From IMG/VR virus record IMGVR_UViG_3300030397_000751, positions 1-30,689 of that record: a stretch of 30,689 nucleotides of DNA; one strand, 5' to 3'. The position numbers were made by a program, and so were the translations under genes. A model generated the notes under the pieces. That model was not told the origin of the DNA, made no database searches, and was given only the letters and a program-made list of their open reading frames with translations. Numbering within the stretch: position 1 is the first letter of the stretch; every line of letters begins with the position of its first letter. This DNA is from a virus (taxonomy: Duplodnaviria; Caudoviricetes). Positions 6,690 through 15,554 of the stretch are shown in pieces.

Positions 6690-8519
6690 ATGGTCAAGTA
6701 TTTGGCTATTGATACTGAAACACACCTCATCCAACCGGGCTGTTTAACTCCCCCCTTAGTCTGTTTGTCATACTCGGATAGTGAAACGTCTGGAGTGTTG
6801 GGTAAGAAAGCTGCACTAAAATTTTTTAGAGAGAAGGTTGAGGAGGGTTACACGTTTGTGCTGCACAATGGGGCTTTTGACCTTGCAGTTCTATCCAATG
6901 AGGATGAGTCTCTTCTCCCCTTAATTTTTAAGCTCTATGAGGACGGCCGGGTTAAGGACACTATGGTTCGGGAAATGCTTTTCACTATCAGGGAGGGCAC
7001 TTTTGCTATTAGTCGGAAGGGGTTCTCCCTTAATGCTTTGGCTAAGAAGTATATGGATGAGGAGTTGGATAAGGCTGAGGATTCTTGGAGGTATAGGTAT
7101 CACGAGTTGGAGAATGTGCTGGTTAAGGATTGGCCGGAAGAGGCTTATGAGTATGCAGTAAAGGATGCTGAGGTTACATACGATGTGTTCTTCAATCAAG
7201 AGAGTAGTCCGGATGAAGATCTTCAGGTAAGTGCTGCTTGGGGTCTTCATCTTCTTTCTGTCTATGGAGTAGTGACTGATGTTGAAGCAGTGTCTCTTTT
7301 AGAGGACAGTCTTAAGAACCAGATTGCTGAAGTGCAGCACGGGCTAGTGGAGGCTGGAGTGCTTCGCACGGATAAGAAGAAGGGCTTTGTGAAGAATACG
7401 AAGGTAATCCGGGATTTAGTGGAGAAGACGCTGGGAAAGGATGCTGAACGGACCAATCCTAGTACTAGACATCCTGAGGGGCAGGTTAAGATTGATTCCA
7501 AAGCTTGTAAAAAGACTGGGAACAAAGATCTCTTAAAGTTAATTGAGTATTCTGAAACCGAGAAGCTGCTCACGACATATGTACCGTTATTGAAGCAAGG
7601 AACAGAACATCCTATCAATGCTCGGTTTAATGTGCTTGTTGAAACGGGTCGTACTTCATGTCAGAAACCCAACCTACAAAACCAGCCTCGTAAACCGGGG
7701 GTCCGGGAATGCTTTATTCCACGAAAAGGGTTTGCTTACGTAGCATGTGATTATGATACAGTAGAACTTCGAGCCCTCTCTCAGGTTTGCTATTCCTTAT
7801 TTGGGGAGTCGGCTATGAGGGAGGCTATAATTGAGGGTAGAGATTTACACCTTGATCTTGCTTCTACAATACTTGGGGTTGACTATGAAGAGGCAAAGCT
7901 TCGAAAGACTAGGGGGGATAAAGATGTTAAAGAGGCTCGTCAGTTTGCAAAGATCGCCAATTTTGGTTTTCCTGGTGGATTGGGTGCTCCTGCCTTTGTT
8001 AAGTATGCTAACGGCTTTGGGTATGATATATCTCATAGATTTGCTTCCACGTTGAGAGATGCATGGTTTCGACGTTGGCCTGAAATGCGTCCTTACTTTG
8101 AGAAGGCTGCGAGTGTTTCTGGAGATTTTGGTAGTAAAAGAGTGAAGCACTTTTATTCCAATAGGATCCGGGGTGGTGTGAGGTTTACCCAGGCTGCCAA
8201 TACATTGTTTCAGGGGCTTGTAGCAGACGGGGCTAAGATGGCGGTATTTGCTGTGCAGAAGGAGTGTTGGATCGATAGTACATCACCTATGTATCAGTGT
8301 AGACCAGTTGTTTTTATCCATGATGAGATTTTGATGGAAACACCGGAAGAAATAGTTGACTCTGCGGCGAAACGGCTATCTCATGTAATGAATCGGGAGA
8401 TGCAGAAGGTGATGCCAGATGTACCAATAACGAGTGAAGCACATGCGATGTCTCGTTGGTTTAAAAATGCTGAGCCTGTTTATGACGATTCTGGTAAATT
8501 GAAGATTTGGAGTGAGTGA
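6690..8519 (+). CDS. polA: Family A DNA polymerase with 3'-5' exonuclease
   Basis: Exo motifs DTET, HNGAFD, YAVKD; TGRTSCQKPNLQN; motif A DYDTVELR; motif B RQFAKIANFGFPGG; motif C FIHDEI. Confidence 0.95.
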   Translation: MVKYLAIDTETHLIQPGCLTPPLVCLSYSDSETSGVLGKKAALKFFREKVEEGYTFVLHNGAFDLAVLSNEDESLLPLIFKLYEDGRVKDTMVREMLFTIREGTFAISRKGFSLNALAKKYMDEELDKAEDSWRYRYHELENVLVKDWPEEAYEYAVKDAEVTYDVFFNQESSPDEDLQVSAAWGLHLLSVYGVVTDVEAVSLLEDSLKNQIAEVQHGLVEAGVLRTDKKKGFVKNTKVIRDLVEKTLGKDAERTNPSTRHPEGQVKIDSKACKKTGNKDLLKLIEYSETEKLLTTYVPLLKQGTEHPINARFNVLVETGRTSCQKPNLQNQPRKPGVRECFIPRKGFAYVACDYDTVELRALSQVCYSLFGESAMREAIIEGRDLHLDLASTILGVDYEEAKLRKTRGDKDVKEARQFAKIANFGFPGGLGAPAFVKYANGFGYDISHRFASTLRDAWFRRWPEMRPYFEKAASVSGDFGSKRVKHFYSNRIRGGVRFTQAANTLFQGLVADGAKMAVFAVQKECWIDSTSPMYQCRPVVFIHDEILMETPEEIVDSAAKRLSHVMNREMQKVMPDVPITSEAHAMSRWFKNAEPVYDDSGKLKIWSE

Positions 8520-8520
8520 T

Positions 8521-8694
8521 ATGCCGATGTATGTATACATTTGTGATAAGTGCTCTATGGAAGAAGATATTATTACTAGCTATGAGGAGCGGGATTCTGA
8601 GTTCGAATGTTCTCAAGATGATTGTGACGGAAAGCTGGTAAGAGAGGAAATTGCGGATACTGCAAAGATGTCCAGTAATTGGGCAAGGTGGTGA
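8521..8694 (+). CDS. FmdB-like zinc ribbon protein
   Basis: MPMYVYICDKC...CSQDDC. Confidence 0.7.
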   Translation: MPMYVYICDKCSMEEDIITSYEERDSEFECSQDDCDGKLVREEIADTAKMSSNWARW

Positions 8695-9128
8695 TTGATA
8701 TGTGGGCTATTGAAATGGATGAAGACGATATTGAGTGGTTTGAGTTTTCGACGGATTTAACTCCTACTCCCCTTTATGTGCATACTGAGCTCGAAGCCCG
8801 GGTGGCTGAAGTAGTTGGTTCGGAGATGGATTATCTCATTAGGGATATTGACCTCCTTTACACCTCAGAAGGGACTACTCTCATAGCTATGTTATATGAG
8901 TTGAGTACTGCTATTCTGCATTGTCAGGAGATTCCTTGCACAAGGCTGGAGAGAGTACAGTGGGGGTTGGAGGAGGATCCTTATCGGGCCTGCCAAGCTG
9001 CGGATGGGGTTGCTGTTTCGCCTGCCATAGCACATAAGCCCTACAGTTGTTTAGAAGTGCCGAGCATTTGTAACAAGGAGAAAGAAGTGGGTTTTGATTG
9101 TCAGCATGGGGAAGAATTTGAGATATGA
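8691..9128 (+). CDS. Acidic hypothetical protein
   Basis: GTGA overlap with previous stop, ATGA overlap with next gene; exact start uncertain (8691 or 8700). Confidence 0.6.
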   Translation: MIDMWAIEMDEDDIEWFEFSTDLTPTPLYVHTELEARVAEVVGSEMDYLIRDIDLLYTSEGTTLIAMLYELSTAILHCQEIPCTRLERVQWGLEEDPYRACQAADGVAVSPAIAHKPYSCLEVPSICNKEKEVGFDCQHGEEFEI

Positions 9129-9691
9129 TTGGTTCTCTTGAATTGATTGTTGGTCCGATGTTTTCGGGCAAGACTACGGAGTTAGTAAGAAGGGTTGAGC
9201 GGTGTAAGCATGCTAATAAGGACGTTGAGATTTTCAAACCAGCTATTGATTCTCGGTATAGTGCTGACTATGTGGTTACTCACGGGGGCACCCATGTACC
9301 AGCGAGAGTTATTAGAGATGATGCTTCGGATATTTGGGTGACGGCGGGTGTAGAAGTAATAGGTTTTGACGAAGTACAATTTTTCGGTAATTGGGTAGTG
9401 AACTGGATTGAGGACCATATCTGGCGGGGTTATCGCATTGTGGCCTCGGGGTTGGATCAGGATTTTCTTGGTCGGCCTTTCGGTCCAGTTCCAGCTCTTT
9501 TGGCCAAAGCGGAGAGCATTACTAAGTTGACAGCCGTGTGCACTGTATGCGGTGATGATGCCACAAGGACTCGACGTTTATCTGGCTCGCTGGATTTGGT
9601 TGAGGTTGGTGGGAAGGAAGAATATGATGCCGTGTGTAGAAAGTGTTACCGGGAAACCTCTAGATACCGACTTGATCGGGATAAAGATTGA
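9125..9691 (+). CDS. tdk: Thymidine kinase
   Basis: GPMFSGKTTEL, DEVQF, GLDQDF, CTVC, VGGKEEYDAVCRKC. Confidence 0.95.
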   Translation: MIGSLELIVGPMFSGKTTELVRRVERCKHANKDVEIFKPAIDSRYSADYVVTHGGTHVPARVIRDDASDIWVTAGVEVIGFDEVQFFGNWVVNWIEDHIWRGYRIVASGLDQDFLGRPFGPVPALLAKAESITKLTAVCTVCGDDATRTRRLSGSLDLVEVGGKEEYDAVCRKCYRETSRYRLDRDKD

Positions 9692-9758
9692 TCCGGAAGA
9701 AGCTACAGCAATTGTTTCTAAGGTGTTGAAGGTTTTAGAGATAGAAAGGAATAAAGAA

Positions 9759-10253
9759 ATGGGAAATGGAATTGATAAAGACCCACAAGTGGGCCTAAAT
9801 GAAGCACTCCTAGAGGCTCAGCGTAGTTCTAGGGGGCTGAAGAAAGATGGTAATAATAGCTTCGGCAAGTTCAACTATGTCAGCATTGAGGAGGTAGTCA
9901 GTACAGCTCGTGAGATTCTCCACAAACATGACTTGGTGTTCTTTCCGTTGTCTCAAGAAATGCAGCATGCTGAGGAAGATATTTGGGTAAGCCAAAAATA
10001 TCAGTTGCTTCATGTTCCTAGCGGGGAGACGAAAGATATTGTTCGTACGATGGTTATTCCTGATGCGAAGAGTATGTCTCCTTGTCAGGCACAAGGAAGT
10101 GCTGAATCGTATCTCCTTAAGAATACACTGCGGGAACTTTTGCTTTTACCGAGGTTTGACAGTAAGGAAGATATTGATAGTCATGACAATTCAAAGGGGG
10201 GGTCGGGGTATAGAGGGAGAACAGCGGGGAATCCTAGTAGGCGCCGTGCGTGA
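9759..10253 (+). CDS. ERF-family ssDNA annealing protein
   Basis: ALLEAQ, KKDGNNSFGKFNYVSIEEV, QAQGSAESYLLKNTL, EDID. Start chosen at ATG 9759 (AAGGA upstream). Confidence 0.8.
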   Translation: MGNGIDKDPQVGLNEALLEAQRSSRGLKKDGNNSFGKFNYVSIEEVVSTAREILHKHDLVFFPLSQEMQHAEEDIWVSQKYQLLHVPSGETKDIVRTMVIPDAKSMSPCQAQGSAESYLLKNTLRELLLLPRFDSKEDIDSHDNSKGGSGYRGRTAGNPSRRRA

Positions 10254-10396
10254 CTAGTCCGGTGTTGAGAGTGCTCGTTAAGATTATATTGGAATTATGC
10301 CGAGCTGTGATGAAGAAGGATTATGAATCTATGAAAGTTGTGGAAGGCAAATTGATTGCTCTTCATGATGTTGTAGAAAAAGGGCTCTTTAAGTAG
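10250..10396 (+). CDS. Small hypothetical protein (48 aa, not in supplied track)
   Basis: GTGA overlap with the ERF stop; open to TAG 10396; fills the gap. Confidence 0.5.
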   Translation: MTSPVLRVLVKIILELCRAVMKKDYESMKVVEGKLIALHDVVEKGLFK

Positions 10397-10426
10397 GGCA
10401 ATATTGAATATAAGGAAGAAAAGAAA

Positions 10427-10771
10427 ATGAAAAAAGTTGATATATTGGTAAACCCGAAAAAACGGTTCTACTGTGAAGATTACGGAGAGAAGAAAGGTTG
10501 TGGTGAGGAAGTAAAACTGATCAAAACCCCAAAGGGCAAGACAGTGGCCTGTACTCCAGTGCAGATTCCTTGCTATGACCGGGAAGGTAATGTGGTTTGG
10601 GCTTTTGTTCCTCACTGGGCTACTTGCTCGGAAGCTCGGGAATATTTCTTGGACTTTATGTCGCAAAAAGCGGAAGAGAATGCTAAGTGGTTTGAGGAGA
10701 ATGTAAAAGGTGGGGGAGAGTCGGAAGGGCGTAGTCGTCGCCGTGGTGGAGCCCGTCGAGCGGAGTACTAA
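10427..10771 (+). CDS. Putative zinc-binding phage protein
   Basis: C...CG..V..IKT.KGK and PHWATC pattern; AAGGA upstream. Confidence 0.65.
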   Translation: MKKVDILVNPKKRFYCEDYGEKKGCGEEVKLIKTPKGKTVACTPVQIPCYDREGNVVWAFVPHWATCSEAREYFLDFMSQKAEENAKWFEENVKGGGESEGRSRRRGGARRAEY

Positions 10772-11319
10772 TGCGTAATTGGATACAGACACGGACTGGA
10801 GTTGCTTTTGACCTCATTAATCCAACGCCGGATATGGTTAGGATTGAGGACATTGCAAACTCCCTAGCCTTTCAATCTAGGTTCAATGGTCATACGGGTT
10901 CTTCATATTCTGTGGCTGAACATTCCGTGTTTGTATCCCGTTATTGTCCTCCACAGGATCGGCTTTGGGGATTGCTCCATGATGCGCACGAAGCCTATGT
11001 GGGAGATATTGTTAGTCCTGTGAAAGCACTCATTCCGGGTTTTAAGGAAATTGAGGGTCGTATACAGAATGCTATTTGTGATAAGTTTGGTATTCCAAGG
11101 AAGTGTCCACGATCTGTGAAGCTAGCTGATAATAGATTGCTCTTGACAGAGAAGGAGGTGTTTTTTCCGGCTGAAGCTGGGGACTGGGGTGTGGAGGGGG
11201 AGCCTTATGGGTCTTGCCGTTTATGTAGGTACGAGCCGAGGGCTGCACGGGAGTTTTTCATGTGGGAGTTCCATTGGTTAACTAGGGGTGAAGAAGATGC
11301 AATCAAATACGATTGGTGA
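10771..11319 (+). CDS. HD-domain 5'-deoxynucleotidase (YfbR/YfdR-like)
   Basis: IEDIA, RFNGH, YSVAEHS, LLHDAHEAYVGD, VKLAD. Confidence 0.88.
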   Translation: MRNWIQTRTGVAFDLINPTPDMVRIEDIANSLAFQSRFNGHTGSSYSVAEHSVFVSRYCPPQDRLWGLLHDAHEAYVGDIVSPVKALIPGFKEIEGRIQNAICDKFGIPRKCPRSVKLADNRLLLTEKEVFFPAEAGDWGVEGEPYGSCRLCRYEPRAAREFFMWEFHWLTRGEEDAIKYDW

Positions 11320-11446
11320 CCAGCTCGATAATGTGTTGGATAATGTGGAGAAGGTGGTTTTTGAAATGTGGGAGAAGATTAAGGATCTTAAGACTCGGGT
11401 GAGGGAGTTGGAAGCTAAAGTTGAGGAATTAGAGAATGACGGATGA
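11297..11446 (+). CDS. Small coiled-coil protein (49 aa, not in supplied track)
   Basis: ATG 11297 to TGA 11446; heptads IKDLKTRVRELEAKVEELE. Confidence 0.55.
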   Translation: MQSNTIGDQLDNVLDNVEKVVFEMWEKIKDLKTRVRELEAKVEELENDG

Positions 11447-11636
11447 ATTAGCTAAATTGGAAAACAAGATTAATATCCTCGAGGATGAGCTTTACCATAA
11501 GAGGGATAGGATTCGAGATTTTGTATTTAAGTTGATTGAGGAGAAATATGGAATCAGTAAGTTGGCTAATGAGAAGAAGCGCAAGGCTGTTCTCGAGGTA
11601 TTCTCAGAGGTTTATGCAAACTGGGATAGACTTTGA
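11436..11636 (+). CDS. Hypothetical protein
   Basis: 66 aa, GAGGA upstream, helical. Confidence 0.6.
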   Translation: MTDELAKLENKINILEDELYHKRDRIRDFVFKLIEEKYGISKLANEKKRKAVLEVFSEVYANWDRL

Positions 11637-11648
11637 TATACTCTCTAC

Positions 11649-11903
11649 ATGTCTGATGAGAACATCCGGCTTCCGGCTCGGGAACGTAAGAAAAAGTTAG
11701 AATCCAAATCTGAGGCTATGTATTCCCGCCAGGGCCGAATTTTTCCACCCAAACACTCCAAGGATGTACTGCCCGTTGCTATGGACGCTGAGGTTATGGA
11801 GCAGCTAGTCAAAGAACTCATCCTCAAGGAAAACGAGGAGCGTAATGAGGAAATGCTTGAGTCGGCAACCCTTCCTCAGCAGTCTCCTTTTGGTAATCAA
11901 TAA
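11649..11903 (+). CDS. Hypothetical protein
   Basis: 84 aa, preceded by TGA-TATACT-N6. Confidence 0.6.
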   Translation: MSDENIRLPARERKKKLESKSEAMYSRQGRIFPPKHSKDVLPVAMDAEVMEQLVKELILKENEERNEEMLESATLPQQSPFGNQ

Positions 11904-11948
11904 CTTTCTCTATTGCCACTCCCCTAGACCTCGGCTAGATTCGTAAGA

Positions 11949-13184
11949 ATGCTAGAAGCCGAAAAAGCCGTATTGAGCTGTGTTTTATTAGATAACGAAT
12001 CCCTACACTCTGTATCCCATAATCTAAGTCCGGAAGATTTCTCCGTAATTTCATATAAGAATATGTTTTCCCACATGTTGTCCTTGGCTGCCGAAAGTAA
12101 ACCCATCGATGTAACTACACTAACTGCAAAGGGTTCTGAGGCATCTTCTATAATTGCTCTCCACGATCATGTCGCTACTGCGGCCAATATTAACCATTAT
12201 GCGGGAATAGTTCGGGATGCTTCGCAGAAGAGGCAGTTGCTGGAAGTGGCTGAAGATATTAAAGATTTGGTGGATTCGGATCAGTCTGCTTATGATTGTG
12301 TGCTTGAGACAGAGCGTAATATTTTAGCCATACGGTCTACAGAAGTGCAGGGCCGGACTCGAAGTATTTCTGATTTGGGTAATGAACTTTTTGATCTTGT
12401 AAAGGAGAGAATGGAGGATGGTAGTGGTTTCTTTGGTCACCGGACGGGCCTGAAGGATTTGGATAGACATCTAGGAGGTATGCAGGATGGAGAAACCCTT
12501 GTATTGGCTGGTAGGCCCTCTATGGGTAAATCCTCGGTTGCCACACAAATATTGCTGAATCGAGCAAAAGAAGGAGCTAGCTGTCTTTTCTTTTCCCTCG
12601 AAATGTCTCATCACATGTGTGGTATGCGAATGATGTCTCAGCTCTCTGGATTGCCTATGAGTAGAATTAAGGCAGGGAAGGTGAATATGGATAAGCTGGA
12701 GAAGGCTCGTGAGGGGTTACGGGATATGAAAATCTGGATTGATGACACGGGAGCTATTAAGGTTCCTCAAATCCGGGCAACCTGCCGACGTATTGCAGCT
12801 GAGGGGGCTCTAGATTTAGTTGTAGTGGATTATCTCCAGCTATGTGGTGGTACGACTAGGGATGGACGTGAGAGGGACGTAGCGGAGGCCTCAGCGGGTT
12901 TGAAGGCTATTGCTAAGGAGTTTTCAATACCGGTGATAATTCTTTCCCAGCTCAACCGTTCTTGTGAGGCTAGGGATGACAAACGACCACGTCTATCGGA
13001 TCTCCGGGAGTCGGGGGCTATTGAGCAGGATGCCGATGGTGTAGTGATGGTGTATCGACATGGGGCCTACTATGATGAGGCTGACAAGTCGGAGATTGAA
13101 TTGATAATTAGGAAGAACCGGAATGGCCCGTTGGGTACAGCATTTGTGTCATGGGATCCGGAATGTATGAGTGTAAGGGATTAG
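11949..13184 (+). CDS. dnaB: Replicative DNA helicase
   Basis: EAEKAVL N-domain, AGRPSMGKS, FSLEMS, VVDYLQL, LSQLNR, DLRESGAIEQDAD, KNRNGP. Confidence 0.96.
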   Translation: MLEAEKAVLSCVLLDNESLHSVSHNLSPEDFSVISYKNMFSHMLSLAAESKPIDVTTLTAKGSEASSIIALHDHVATAANINHYAGIVRDASQKRQLLEVAEDIKDLVDSDQSAYDCVLETERNILAIRSTEVQGRTRSISDLGNELFDLVKERMEDGSGFFGHRTGLKDLDRHLGGMQDGETLVLAGRPSMGKSSVATQILLNRAKEGASCLFFSLEMSHHMCGMRMMSQLSGLPMSRIKAGKVNMDKLEKAREGLRDMKIWIDDTGAIKVPQIRATCRRIAAEGALDLVVVDYLQLCGGTTRDGRERDVAEASAGLKAIAKEFSIPVIILSQLNRSCEARDDKRPRLSDLRESGAIEQDADGVVMVYRHGAYYDEADKSEIELIIRKNRNGPLGTAFVSWDPECMSVRD

Positions 13185-13186
13185 TT

Positions 13187-13342
13187 ATGAAATTACTGTG
13201 GGTTTTGATTGGCGTGATGTTGGCGGCGAATATGTTCCGTAATATGAAAAGTAAAAACGGGGAGGCAGTTCTTGGATGGCTTTGTGCTACGGGTTGGTTT
13301 GCTCTCTATGCGTTGAAGATTCTGAATATGTCCGTACGGTAA
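13187..13342 (+). CDS. Small two-TM membrane protein
   Basis: 51 aa from ATG 13187, two hydrophobic segments joined by a basic loop. Confidence 0.55.
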   Translation: MKLLWVLIGVMLAANMFRNMKSKNGEAVLGWLCATGWFALYALKILNMSVR

Positions 13343-13388
13343 TATTTCGCCAATTCTGACGATATATCTCCATTTTATTACCGAGCGG

Positions 13389-15284
13389 TTAAAAAATACC
13401 TTTGGTGCCGCCCCGGGGTTGCCGGCTTCGATGTTTGTTTAGGATTCGGTTTTTCCTCATGGATCTCTCCTTCTTTTTATTGATTGCTGCCATGAGTCTG
13501 TCATTTTCGGTCATTACCCTCTTAGGTTTTTTCGGGTTGATGGGGGGAGCCGCATTCCGGTGGGCAAACACTGCGAGGGCTGTGCAGATTACTCCGTCGT
13601 CGGTCTCTCCGTGCGGTGCTTGCATGTTGCCGTCAATATTGACGAATTGGATATGTTCCCCAATACTCCACGGTGTTTTGATTTCGATTTCTTCTTTCCG
13701 GAAGGCGTCCTGGCTATGATGGATGACCATTTGTTTGTTGGTACGCCAACACTTGAAGCCCGGCACGAAGTTGTCCTTAGCTAGTTCTCCTCCTATCTTC
13801 TCCTCATTCCGACGTAGGTATACGTAGGGATATCTCTTAGCTACTAACCTCTGAGCTAGTGTGGGAATAAGGGCCTCGGGGATAATGAATGCTGTGTTGT
13901 ATTTGTATCCGAGCCAGAGACAGATGTCGGCTAGTTCGATTCCTGTGGATTGCCCTCGATAGCTGGCGACCTCTCGGAGGTGCTTTCCGTTAGTGCGGTT
14001 GAATACTTTAACTACTGAATAATCGGTGTGTTTTAGTCCTTCTGCAGTCCGGGCTCCGATAACATATTGATCCCCAGGTCTCGGATGTTCCCAAATAATG
14101 ACTGGAGATTCAGCATGGGAGTCTTTCTTAGGTTTCTGGATTATAGCTCCGTCTCGATCGAACCCTTTGATGTAACCATGAAGTTTCGGTCTAAGACCTC
14201 GAGATTTCCTGGTAAGTTCGGAGAGATATATCGTGGGATATACTGACTTACCGGAACTAATGAAGGCTGCTTCTGGGTTGGATGGATATTCTTGATCGAA
14301 GTAACTCTCCGGATCCATTAGGGTTTGTTCGCTACAATCTCCTGCAATTTTCCTTCGCCGCCATTCAATCTGCTCCGCTGACCATGCAAACTTTTGAACT
14401 CCATCTAGCTCTATGTCTGTGAGGGTTTCCATGATACTATCAGCCTGTGTGGTTGTAAGTGGGGTCCTGTACGCTGGGTCTTGCCACCATGCCCAGAAGA
14501 ATTTGTACTTGCCATTCCAGTTTTCGGGTAGGGTTCCGTGTTTTTTCCAGTGGTCTCGGACTTGGCTAAGATGGAGAGCATTTTGCCAGGATTGGTAGAA
14601 GTAGGGATCCATGCCGTTGGCTGTGCTTTCTTCGTAGATAACTTTTGCAAACTGGGCTGCATCTTTAGCGGAGGCCACGGCGTCGGGATTTGGATAGTGA
14701 GCACACTCGGATAAGTGCACGAAACTAAAGTCAAACCCTCGGGCAAAGTTCTTAGAGGCTGCAGTAGCAATGAGGATACGGGAGTCCCATAGCTGTCCTT
14801 CTACTTCACCCCACTCGAGTACCTCTCCCATTTTCGGGATTGGAATTTTGAGGTGTGCTTTCTCTTTTGGAAACTGTTGCTCAAAACGCCGACTGATCTG
14901 GGCCACATTGTCAGCATTGCTGTTTTGGTGGGCTACAACTAGTCCGTTTACTCCTTTATGGAATTCACAGAAGTGGAACATGTCAGCCTCAATTAGAGTA
15001 CTGAAGCCACCACGGCGGGCCTTGAGAACTTGAATAGATATAGGCCTTTTGTATGTCTCCCCGATTTCTTTCGATATTTCAGCGTGGAATTTTTCAATGT
15101 TGTCCCGAAGTCTCATTAGTGCCAGTTGTCCGGGCAGCGGGCTGAATGGAATGAGTCCAGTACCTTCTCGGTCTTTTACTCGGAGGCAGTCTCGGAAAAA
15201 GGCTAAACGGTTCTTTTCGTAATAGGCTCTTTCTATTTCTGCCTCTTGGTCAAATGATATATTGGTTTTCTGCTTTCTAGCCAT
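13389..15284 (-). CDS. terL: Terminase large subunit
   Basis: VLKARRGGFST (Walker A), VHLSE (Walker B), ESTANG (coupling motif), QEYPSNPEAAF, YVIGA(R)TAEG, DYS, TDDGVI. Confidence 0.92.
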   Translation of the reverse strand: MARKQKTNISFDQEAEIERAYYEKNRLAFFRDCLRVKDREGTGLIPFSPLPGQLALMRLRDNIEKFHAEISKEIGETYKRPISIQVLKARRGGFSTLIEADMFHFCEFHKGVNGLVVAHQNSNADNVAQISRRFEQQFPKEKAHLKIPIPKMGEVLEWGEVEGQLWDSRILIATAASKNFARGFDFSFVHLSECAHYPNPDAVASAKDAAQFAKVIYEESTANGMDPYFYQSWQNALHLSQVRDHWKKHGTLPENWNGKYKFFWAWWQDPAYRTPLTTTQADSIMETLTDIELDGVQKFAWSAEQIEWRRRKIAGDCSEQTLMDPESYFDQEYPSNPEAAFISSGKSVYPTIYLSELTRKSRGLRPKLHGYIKGFDRDGAIIQKPKKDSHAESPVIIWEHPRPGDQYVIGARTAEGLKHTDYSVVKVFNRTNGKHLREVASYRGQSTGIELADICLWLGYKYNTAFIIPEALIPTLAQRLVAKRYPYVYLRRNEEKIGGELAKDNFVPGFKCWRTNKQMVIHHSQDAFRKEEIEIKTPWSIGEHIQFVNIDGNMQAPHGETDDGVICTALAVFAHRNAAPPINPKKPKRVMTENDRLMAAINKKKERSMRKNRILNKHRSRQPRGGTKGIF

Positions 15285-15305
15285 GTATTAGCTTCCCATC
15301 CTCAA

Positions 15306-15324
15306 TGTTGGTAGTATAGGTCCA
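15306..15324. promoter_or_regulatory. Overlapping back-to-back -10 elements (bidirectional promoter candidate)
   Basis: TAGTAT on + (15312-15317) and TATACT on - (15318-15313) within the 39-nt gap between divergent starts. Confidence 0.55.
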
Positions 15325-15554
15325 TGGCAACTATCGCATATTTGGCTATAGCTTGTCTTCCTATCACTGCTTTGGTGGTGGGCTTGATTTGCCGATCTAT
15401 AATTGTTCGGGCCCTGCAACATATTGAAATGACGCAAGTTGTGGGAGGTACTCCGAAGGATGTGTTTATTCGCAAGAATGAGCAGGGATTGGCGGAAAGA
15501 AAACAACGGCTAGAGGCACGAAAGCCTAAATCCATTAAGGGTGTTATTTCATGA
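15324..15554 (+). CDS. Small membrane-anchored protein upstream of portal
   Basis: N-terminal hydrophobic helix, basic tail, ATGA overlap with portal. Confidence 0.65.
   Translation: MATIAYLAIACLPITALVVGLICRSIIVRALQHIEMTQVVGGTPKDVFIRKNEQGLAERKQRLEARKPKSIKGVIS

Noticed and set aside
10771-11319. Calling the HD protein DatZ
   Set aside because: Its N-terminus and motifs look YfdR-like, a family common in ordinary phages, and purZ is not in the window.
13187-13342. Holin call for the two-TM protein
   Set aside because: No endolysin nearby and it sits at the end of the replication operon; topology alone is insufficient.
6360-13388. TACCGAGCGG at 6360-6369 and 13379-13388 as possible recombination sites
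   Set aside because: Repeated 10-mers are expected by chance in 30 kb; no recombinase and no copy at the other end of terL.
15288-15535. Minus-strand ORFs as a small terminase
   Set aside because: They overlap the better supported 15324-15554 gene and show no helix-turn-helix or TerS-like features.
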